Virus record (IMG/VR): IMGVR_UViG_3300027796_000023
DNA: 36,765 nucleotides
Source of the DNA: a virus
Reading direction: 5' to 3' (one strand)
The notes under the pieces were generated by a model that worked only from the letters and a program-made list of their open reading frames with translations, did not search any database and was not told where the DNA came from. Within the stretch, counting starts at the first letter, position 1. Each line of letters begins with the position of its first letter. This document shows, piece after piece, positions 8,736-15,418 of the stretch. Made by a program: the position numbers and the translations under genes.

Positions 8736-9253
8736 TCGAGTTAATCGAGGTCGCGAGCGCAGCGATCAAACAGTTTAGAAATGCGCCGGGGGAATCCGTC
8801 GTCGCTAAAGGGACGGGGCTCGGAGGGGCGACGCGCGAGGCTCAAGTTTATCAACAGCACGGACTCCGCTCTCGTCCGGTCAAGGGAACGCGCGGGCTAT
8901 TCGTTGGGCTCGGGTCAGGATCGCGCGAGGGCGTCGTTATCGCGCTCGAGAATTACACGCTCGAAATAACGATCGGCGAGGGCGAAACGGCGATATATTC
9001 GACAGATACCGCCGGATCGGTCAAGGCAACGGCGAAATTTAAGGCCGACGGATCGATCGAATTTAATGGAGATGGTAAACGCCTCGTAACCTGGCAGGAA
9101 TTACAGGACGCGCTATCGGCGCAGGCTAACACGATAAAAACTCATACGCATCCCGACCCGACGAGCGGATCGACTGGGCCGTCGGCGGAGCTTGTGACGC
9201 TTGCCTGCGATATATCGTCCGCGAAAACGTCGACGCTGAAAACTGGCGGTTGA
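8732..9253 (+). CDS. Baseplate assembly protein V / Mu gp45-like spike (173 aa)
   Basis: The internal ATG overlaps the previous stop (ATGA). The pattern QQHGLRSRPVKGTRGLFVGLGSGSREGVVIALEN...GEGETAIYS is gpV/gp45-like. Confidence 0.7.
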   Translation: MIELIEVASAAIKQFRNAPGESVVAKGTGLGGATREAQVYQQHGLRSRPVKGTRGLFVGLGSGSREGVVIALENYTLEITIGEGETAIYSTDTAGSVKATAKFKADGSIEFNGDGKRLVTWQELQDALSAQANTIKTHTHPDPTSGSTGPSAELVTLACDISSAKTSTLKTGG

Positions 9254-9255
9254 CG

Positions 9256-9285
9256 TTGCGCGCGGCGTTAATCTTATGATATAAT
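9256..9285 (+). promoter_or_regulatory. Candidate sigma70-type internal promoter (TTGCGC-18 nt-TGaTATAAT)
   Basis: A perfect TATAAT lies at 9280-9285 with an upstream TG. The 13-mer ATGATATAATACG is shared with the promoter at 32157-32169. Confidence 0.5.
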
Positions 9286-9299
9286 ACGCGGGGGACTTA

Positions 9300-9722
9300 A
9301 TGGAAACCGAAGGCGATCCGAAATTATACGAAACCGGAGCAGGCCCGATTTTATCAATAAACGGCGGACAGCCGGAAATGAACGAAGGCCTCGAAAACGC
9401 CGTATACTTGTCTATTTTTACGGATTCCGGATACTGGGGAAACGTCCTCGCCGACACTCCGGAAAAGTTCTCGAGCAATTTCGGCGAGATATACCGCAGG
9501 ACGTTGAATAATCAAACTAGGATCGACGCCGAAAAATACGCCTCCGCCTCCCTTGCGTGGATCGTTTCCTCGGGGATCGCGAAGTCGGTCGCCGTTTCCG
9601 CATCGATCCCGGGCATCGGGATTCTCGGGTTAATCGTTATTATTGAACAGCCGAACAAAACCGTGACGTTAAAATATCAAATAAATTGGTCCACCATGGC
9701 CGTAAGGGTAGGGGCAGCATGA
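9300..9722 (+). CDS. Mu gp46-like baseplate protein (140 aa)
   Basis: The motif GDPKLYETGAGPILSINGGQPEMNEGLENAVYLSIFTD is GP46-family-like. The gene lies between the V-like and J-like genes. Confidence 0.65.
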   Translation: METEGDPKLYETGAGPILSINGGQPEMNEGLENAVYLSIFTDSGYWGNVLADTPEKFSSNFGEIYRRTLNNQTRIDAEKYASASLAWIVSSGIAKSVAVSASIPGIGILGLIVIIEQPNKTVTLKYQINWSTMAVRVGAA

Positions 9723-10807
9723 TAACGATTCCAAAAGTGGCAGATAATCGCGACCAGATAATCGCGGACATAGAAGGGAAAATCGGCCAGACTATACCAT
9801 CCTTACCGAAAGCATTTTTTCGCGTTATCGCGACCGCATACGCCGGAGCGATCGCGCTTTTATATCGTTTCGGCGTATGGGTATACGACCAGATACTTCC
9901 GCAAACTGCGGACGCCGAGGCGCTCGAGCGTATCGGGAGTCAGTACGGAGTTTATCGCGGAGCACCGGTCTCCGCTAAACTGACGGCGACCGCAACGGGA
10001 ACAAACAGTTCCGCGATAGCCGCCGGGACGCTCTGGCAAAAAAACGGGATCGTATACGAACAGGAAGTTCTCGCCGAAATTACCGCCGGGGTCGTGACGA
10101 TCACCGTCGAGGCGCTAACACCTGGGTCCGATTCGAATATTGAAAACGGCGAAAAGATCAGCCTAGTATCTCCGATCGCTGGTATCGATTCGGACGCGAC
10201 GATAGCGTCAACTATAATCCATGGCGAGGACGAGGAAACGATCGAGTCCTATCGATCAGAAATAATGGACAGACTGGCGAACCGTCCGCAGGGAGGAGCC
10301 GCTCCTGACTATATCTCTTGGGCGCTCGAGGTTCCGGGGATCGCGAAGGCGTTCGCGTTCCGAACAGCTCCCGGGACCGTGACAGTTTATCCGCTAATCG
10401 CGACGACCGGAACGCGATTACCTGACGCGCCGAAAATTGCCGAGGTTCTCGCATATGTTCAAGATACACACCGGAGGCCGCTCTGCGCTGACGTCGCGGT
10501 CGCTGCGCTGACGGAGCGCGTCGTTAATATCACCGTGACGAGCGTCACGCCGTCGAGTCTCGATTCTTGGGAAGCGATTGCCGCAGCATGGACGGCGCAT
10601 TTATTCAAACGCTATCCTGCGCAATATGACGATGAAGCAAACAAAACTGATTTTATCAGCAAATCGGCCATGTATGGCGAAGCGGCCGGAGCTGGCGCGA
10701 CAATTATAGAATTCGAAATGTATCTCGACGCATCGCCTACGCCGTTCGATTATCACGATTTGACGACGTCAGAAATTTGCAAATTAGGGGTCGTTACATG
10801 GCCATAA
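9719..10807 (+). CDS. Baseplate J-like protein (Mu gp47 / P2 gpJ, 362 aa)
   Basis: The start is coupled to the previous stop by ATGA. The size and gene order fit; the ORF-track start at 9686 lacks an SD. Confidence 0.7.
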   Translation: MITIPKVADNRDQIIADIEGKIGQTIPSLPKAFFRVIATAYAGAIALLYRFGVWVYDQILPQTADAEALERIGSQYGVYRGAPVSAKLTATATGTNSSAIAAGTLWQKNGIVYEQEVLAEITAGVVTITVEALTPGSDSNIENGEKISLVSPIAGIDSDATIASTIIHGEDEETIESYRSEIMDRLANRPQGGAAPDYISWALEVPGIAKAFAFRTAPGTVTVYPLIATTGTRLPDAPKIAEVLAYVQDTHRRPLCADVAVAALTERVVNITVTSVTPSSLDSWEAIAAAWTAHLFKRYPAQYDDEANKTDFISKSAMYGEAAGAGATIIEFEMYLDASPTPFDYHDLTTSEICKLGVVTWP

Positions 10808-11343
10808 TGGAAAAAACGCTCCGGCGTTTATTACCGAACGGACAGGCTTGGCGATTGACCGGAAACGTCGGCGAACTGATCGACGCGTTCGGGCTGTCGC
10901 TCGAGCGCGCGCGCGAATTCTTGGAAAACGTGCAGAACGAAGCGATCCCTGGGCGCGCGACGTACCTTCTCGAGGCATGGCATGAAACTCTAGGTCTGGC
11001 GTTCGATAATACATTAACGCCACACGATCAGCGTATGCGCGTAAATTCCGCGTATACGTCGACCGGAGGATCGTCGCTCGATTATGTTGTCGCGCAGGTA
11101 AAAAAAGAATTCCCTCGCGTTATGATACGGGAGCCCGCATCTCCCGGGATGGCCTATTCCGTTACCGGCGACGTCAATACGACGCGTGAACTCGTAAGAC
11201 TCCGAGGGCTTATAGTTCGTCTAGTATTGCTACACTTGACGCCTAATTATACAATAAGAATATTGGAGACGCTCGATTCCGCGTATACGGGCGCCTGCAT
11301 TACTGGGAAAGCACGTTGCGGACGAACCATATCGTCGTTATAA
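10798..11343 (+). CDS. Mu gp48 / P2 gpI-like tail protein (DUF2313-type, 181 aa)
   Basis: The N-terminus LRRLLPNGQAWRL is the hallmark of this family. The ATG at 10798 lies 8 nt after AGGGG; 10807 is an alternative start. Confidence 0.7.
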   Translation: MAIMEKTLRRLLPNGQAWRLTGNVGELIDAFGLSLERAREFLENVQNEAIPGRATYLLEAWHETLGLAFDNTLTPHDQRMRVNSAYTSTGGSSLDYVVAQVKKEFPRVMIREPASPGMAYSVTGDVNTTRELVRLRGLIVRLVLLHLTPNYTIRILETLDSAYTGACITGKARCGRTISSL

Positions 11344-11355
11344 AAGGGGTAAAAA

Positions 11356-12912
11356 ATGGATAGGACAAACGCATCCGGAAGCATCGACGGAGCATACGTC
11401 GACGATGATCCTGTAAATGAAATAACCGGAACGCTCCTCGTCGCTCATGATCGGAACGCAATTCAAGAGGAATTACTTGCCGTCATAGAGGCCGCGGGAA
11501 TTACTCCGAATGGAAATAATTGGGCGCAGATACTAGCCGCGCTCCGATCAAGCGCCGCGAACCTGGTCGACGCTAACAAACTGAACGGACAGCTCGCCGA
11601 ATTTTATCGCGACGCCGGGAATTTGAACGCTGGCACCGTACCAGAGGCGCGACTCCCGCTCGCAGCGATCGCGGCCGCGATAAACTATACCGCCGCCGAC
11701 GTACTCTTAAAACTATTGACCGTAGACGGCGCTGAATCGGGACTCGTTTCGGAAGATTCGACGAAACTAGGAGGAGTCGCCGCCGCGAATTTTATACACG
11801 GAAACGAGAACGGGGCAATTTTAGCAAATAGTGGATCGTTTTCATCTAATGCTACAAGGTCAGGATTTTATATATTTAACGGAATAACCGTTTCAGACTT
11901 GCCGGACGCAGAATTTTATTCCGGATATATAACAAAATATGATAATAATACCGGAAACGCGGAGATTGTAGCAACATCGGGGAAAAAATATGCGCGAAGT
12001 TTAGGCGGAGGAGTTTGGTCCTCATGGATTCTTATCTCCGACAATGGAGTCGCGCCTAATTCCGCAGATTCTAAGATGCTAAATTCTGCGGCGAAGGCTT
12101 TTAAGTTCCAATTATATAACGCAGGAAATACTTTATTAAAAAGAATTTGTATTTTGCCGAATGGAACAAATAGCACCGATTCGGCAAGAATAAACCTTTC
12201 ATTACACGACTGGACTTTTATGTACGGAACGGGTGAATTTGTATTTAAAAACAGAAATGGATTTAAATACATCGCGCATCATGATGGCTCTGTTTCTGTC
12301 AGTACTTGTGGTATTGCTTGCTATAATCGTTCAGACGGAGGAATTGACGTTTGCATATATGCACACGCCGGACAATTTATTGAAGCCTCCGTTTTGGTCG
12401 ACGGCGAAGATATTATTTTTTCGAATGGGGAGGACTTTGTTCCGTCTGGTAGTTTGTGCTTTGACTCTGCGGACACAACGACATATCCAATAAATAGAAA
12501 AACATGGAACTCGAATTCGCATCCGACGACGCTCACCGGATATGGCATAACCGACGCGCTAAAAGATTCGGTAATCGTTACGGGAACCGCACGAACGATT
12601 TATAATCAAGGTATCGTTTCATATACGCGACGAGAATTTATATCGTTCGTTCGTGGTTCGCTCAAGCTCGATTTCGTTCATGATAATTTAGCTGGTTTAA
12701 TAACTGTCACCTCGGCCGGTAAAACTGTATATCAATACAATCATCCCGACAATACCGCTATAAATATAACCGTCGACGTACCGGTTTATCATTCGCAGCC
12801 GGTTGTTTTGACCTGTTCCGCTGGAAATATAACGCGGTTTATGGTAAAAGACGATGGAACCTGTTCCGGTGCGTTATACGACGAGACGGTCGCTTTTCTG
12901 AATCTTGGTTAA
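11356..12912 (+). CDS. Tail fibre protein (518 aa), compositionally mosaic
   Basis: The gene follows the baseplate genes and carries the tail-fibre motif TLTGYGITDA (about 12520-12552). The N-terminal third is GC-rich and the middle (about 11815-12530) is AT-rich. Confidence 0.8.
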   Translation: MDRTNASGSIDGAYVDDDPVNEITGTLLVAHDRNAIQEELLAVIEAAGITPNGNNWAQILAALRSSAANLVDANKLNGQLAEFYRDAGNLNAGTVPEARLPLAAIAAAINYTAADVLLKLLTVDGAESGLVSEDSTKLGGVAAANFIHGNENGAILANSGSFSSNATRSGFYIFNGITVSDLPDAEFYSGYITKYDNNTGNAEIVATSGKKYARSLGGGVWSSWILISDNGVAPNSADSKMLNSAAKAFKFQLYNAGNTLLKRICILPNGTNSTDSARINLSLHDWTFMYGTGEFVFKNRNGFKYIAHHDGSVSVSTCGIACYNRSDGGIDVCIYAHAGQFIEASVLVDGEDIIFSNGEDFVPSGSLCFDSADTTTYPINRKTWNSNSHPTTLTGYGITDALKDSVIVTGTARTIYNQGIVSYTRREFISFVRGSLKLDFVHDNLAGLITVTSAGKTVYQYNHPDNTAINITVDVPVYHSQPVVLTCSAGNITRFMVKDDGTCSGALYDETVAFLNLG

Positions 12913-12928
12913 TGGCGGGAGTTATATA

Positions 12929-13225
12929 ATGAAATTCGGAATAATTATGTCGGCGATTTTACTCGCGATGATCGTCGCGCTTTACTTGGTCAATAAGTCG
13001 CGCGAGCGACAAAAGGAACGCGCCGACGAAGCCGAAGCGCGCGCGAAAACCGAACGCGCTGAACTCGCAAAACGCGAAAAATTCAACGCACAAATGGAGA
13101 CGATCGAAAATGAACGACAAGCGAAAACCGGGAAAGTTACTACTGGCCGTGCTCTTACTGATTTCGACAATTCTCTTGACGTCCTGTCAGATATTGCCGG
13201 AACCAAAAGTCGAGTATCGAAATAG
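12929..13225 (+). CDS. i-spanin (Rz-like, 98 aa)
   Basis: It has an N-terminal TM helix (FGIIMSAILLAMIVALYLV) followed by a charged coiled-coil (RERQKERADEAEARAKTERAELAKREK). The SD GGGAG lies 8 nt upstream. Confidence 0.7.
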   Translation: MKFGIIMSAILLAMIVALYLVNKSRERQKERADEAEARAKTERAELAKREKFNAQMETIENERQAKTGKVTTGRALTDFDNSLDVLSDIAGTKSRVSK

Positions 13226-13403
13226 ACCGATCCCTGTCGTCGCATGGCCGACGTTTCCTGATCCGTCCGGTATCGTCACTCGAACCGATGACGGGTCCGT
13301 CGTTATGCCGACGGAATATTGGCTCGCCTTGACGCGCTATATTATCGACGTAGAATTCGGAATCGAAAAAATCGAGACCTACCGGAAAACTGATAATGAG
13401 TAA
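13110..13403 (+). CDS. o-spanin (Rz1-like outer-membrane lipoprotein, 97 aa), overlapped architecture
   Basis: The signal peptide has a lipobox (LLLISTILLTS-C) and the mature part is Pro-rich. The gene starts inside the i-spanin gene in another frame and extends beyond it. Confidence 0.7.
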   Translation: MNDKRKPGKLLLAVLLLISTILLTSCQILPEPKVEYRNRPIPVVAWPTFPDPSGIVTRTDDGSVVMPTEYWLALTRYIIDVEFGIEKIETYRKTDNE

Positions 13404-14016
13404 CGAATTTCGTGAGTATAATCGCGCGCTGACGTCGCTCGTCAATAATGGAATCCCGCGCGCCGTCGCTGAAACCTTGACGACGGTCGGAGGCTGGGCG
13501 CACTATGCGACAGCGAAAAACGTCCGTCAACGGTTCACGCTCCGAAATCAATACACGGAGCGAAGCCTGCGATTCTATAAGGCGAGCCCGAAAACACAGC
13601 TTTCAAAAATAAACGCCGTCACGGGATCAATAAGTCCATATATGGAAGCGCAGGACGCCGGAGGCGAACGTCTCCCGAAGCAGGGCTCGCGCGCTCCTGT
13701 CGCTACTATCGCGGCGCGCGGAGGAAACCCTTCGAAGGTCATACGAAAAAAATACTATGCCGGAACTATGTCGCCAGATATGTTCGTTGGCCGGCCAGGA
13801 CGCGGAGGCGATCAGCCGTTTGGCGTTTGGGAGCGATATCGACAAGGAAAAACGACGCGGGTCCGCATGATCCGCAGCCTCGAGAATACCAGCGTCGAGA
13901 TCAAGGCGACGCGCTGGCACCGCGACGGAGTGACACCATATGCGCGCGAGAACGTATTCGCCGAAGAATACGCGCGCGTAGCATCCCGAATTCTGCAAGA
14001 ATTCGGCGCTAAATAA
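13396..14016 (+). CDS. Hypothetical protein, last gene of the late operon (206 aa; possible virion morphogenesis protein)
   Basis: A long ORF whose start overlaps the o-spanin stop. No motif is firm enough for a specific call. Confidence 0.6.
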   Translation: MSNEFREYNRALTSLVNNGIPRAVAETLTTVGGWAHYATAKNVRQRFTLRNQYTERSLRFYKASPKTQLSKINAVTGSISPYMEAQDAGGERLPKQGSRAPVATIAARGGNPSKVIRKKYYAGTMSPDMFVGRPGRGGDQPFGVWERYRQGKTTRVRMIRSLENTSVEIKATRWHRDGVTPYARENVFAEEYARVASRILQEFGAK

Positions 14017-14055
14017 AAAAAAGATCATTTACACTAAAAAAACACTGTAAAAAGA

Positions 14056-14085
14056 TTGACGCATGGTGTAAAAGGGTGCTAATAT
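14056..14085 (+). promoter_or_regulatory. Candidate early promoter (TTGACG-18 nt-TGcTAATAT)
   Basis: The -35 is at 14056-14061 and the extended -10 at 14077-14085, in a 91-bp AT-rich gap. It is flanked by the TTTACAC/GTGTAAA inverted repeat (14028-14034 and 14066-14072). Confidence 0.6.
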
Positions 14086-14107
14086 AACCGCATCGACAGG
14101 GGGTTAT

Positions 14108-14302
14108 ATGCCGAAAAAATTAACTAAATGGTCAATAAGCTGGCCGACTTCTTTACACGAACGGGCAACGAGGATCGCCGAGGCGAATCGCCGCAGTCTA
14201 AACGCGCAGGTTCTTTACTGGCTCGAGAATGGCGGAATTCCCGCCGACCTTCTCGACGAGTCGCGGGCCGATATTGCCGAGGGAATGGAGTCAAAAAAAT
14301 GA
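14108..14302 (+). CDS. Arc/MetJ-type ribbon-helix-helix DNA-binding protein (64 aa)
   Basis: KWSISWPTSLHERATRIAEANRRSLNAQVLYWLENG fits a beta-strand/helix/helix RHH pattern. It is the first gene after the early promoter. Confidence 0.65.
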   Translation: MPKKLTKWSISWPTSLHERATRIAEANRRSLNAQVLYWLENGGIPADLLDESRADIAEGMESKK

Positions 14303-14526
14303 CAGTATATGAAAAACTCATGAACGACGCCGATCGCCTGATCGCTGACGGAGTCGCATCATCGACTGGCATCCGCGAGATTAAGTTCCGCGAAGCCGAG
14401 GATATCCGCGAGCGCGCCGAGTCAATGGAAGTCGGCGAAGCTGAACGCATTATTACCGCCTGCAAGGGCCTTTCTTGTAAGGTTCGCGCCTGTAAGTCCT
14501 GCGAATCCGCTGGGGTTTATTCATGA
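14299..14526 (+). CDS. Hypothetical protein (75 aa, Cys-rich C-terminus)
   Basis: The start is coupled to the previous stop by ATGA. Translation begins MTVYEKLMNDADRLIADG and ends ACKGLSCKVRACKSCESAGVYS. Confidence 0.55.
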   Translation: MTVYEKLMNDADRLIADGVASSTGIREIKFREAEDIRERAESMEVGEAERIITACKGLSCKVRACKSCESAGVYS

Positions 14527-14885
14527 AAGTATACATCTCCGGGCCGATCACCGGGCATCCGAATTTGAATCGCTCCGCGTTCGACCAGGCAGTCGCGGAG
14601 ATAGTCGCGCTCGGTGTCGAGGCAGTCAATCCGCATACAATAGCAGGGCCGACTCCAGAAATAATTGCATCATGGCAAACCGAAAACGAAAAATGGGAAT
14701 GGTTTATGCGGAACGATATAAAGACGCTCGTCGACTGCGACGCGCTTTTTATGCTCGATGGCTGGCAATTTTCACGCGGAGCGTCAATCGAGGCTATGCT
14801 CGCGCGTGATGTCGGGCTACGAGTTTTTTATTCTCTCGACGCGCTGCGCGCTTACCGCGAAATGATCCTCGAGGTATCACGATGA
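14523..14885 (+). CDS. DUF4406 / nucleoside 2-deoxyribosyltransferase-like protein (120 aa)
   Basis: The motifs MKVYISGPITGHPNLNRSAF...NPH...CDALFMLDGWQFSRGASIEAMLA match the DUF4406 pattern. Confidence 0.7.
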   Translation: MKVYISGPITGHPNLNRSAFDQAVAEIVALGVEAVNPHTIAGPTPEIIASWQTENEKWEWFMRNDIKTLVDCDALFMLDGWQFSRGASIEAMLARDVGLRVFYSLDALRAYREMILEVSR

Positions 14886-15385
14886 ACGCCGAACGGATCG
14901 TTCTAATCGCCGTATTTTGTAGTTTATTCAATAGTACCGGCGTTCATGCCGAGGATCGATCAGCGGGCATCGACGGAGTCCCTCGGGAGTATCGCGAACT
15001 AATCTTTCGCGAATCGGCGTTCGCATGGGTTCCAATTAAGGTATCCTCCGCGCTGCTCCGCGAAGAATCTCAATGGGACGCGCTGGCCGTCAACGTAAAT
15101 AGAAACGCCGCGGGAGCGATCGTATCATATGACATCGGACTCGGACAGATCAACACGAAATATCTCGATTACTTTTCCCGCGAGTATAACGAAGGGAGAC
15201 GAATTGATTTAACTGATCCGCGGGAAAACGTCCGGACGTCGCTCCGTCACCTGGCGAAAATGTACCGGGCGACGGGCGACTGGCGATCTGCGGTCGCGTC
15301 GTATAATTGCGGATTAACACGATTCAGATCGGGGATACCGCTCCCGCAAGTAACGAAAAATTTAACGCATAGAGTATTTGGCTAA
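14882..15385 (+). CDS. Secreted lytic transglycosylase (SLT domain) - endolysin candidate (167 aa)
   Basis: The N-terminal signal or SAR-like segment is IVLIAVFCSLFNSTGVHA. The SLT motifs are REESQWDALAV...SYDIGLGQIN. Confidence 0.75.
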   Translation: MNAERIVLIAVFCSLFNSTGVHAEDRSAGIDGVPREYRELIFRESAFAWVPIKVSSALLREESQWDALAVNVNRNAAGAIVSYDIGLGQINTKYLDYFSREYNEGRRIDLTDPRENVRTSLRHLAKMYRATGDWRSAVASYNCGLTRFRSGIPLPQVTKNLTHRVFG

Positions 15386-15418
15386 ACTTACGAGTTACTA
15401 AAAAAGGAAAGCGTCGTT

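Noticed and set aside
6449-11343. Classifying the phage as a transposable Mu-like phage because of the gp43-gp48-like baseplate and gpT-like capsid
   Set aside because: There are no MuA/MuB-like transposase genes, no Mor/C-type regulators and no Mu-type portal/terminase. Packaging genes are lambda-like, and replication genes are primase-helicase/RecT/SSB.
12233-12548. Small ORFs on both strands inside the AT-rich part of the tail-fibre gene (12233..12493 +, 12321..12548 -, 12331..12522 -, 11916..12272 -)
   Set aside because: They are embedded in the continuous 518-aa tail-fibre frame, which carries the GYGITDA motif. They have no independent translation signals.
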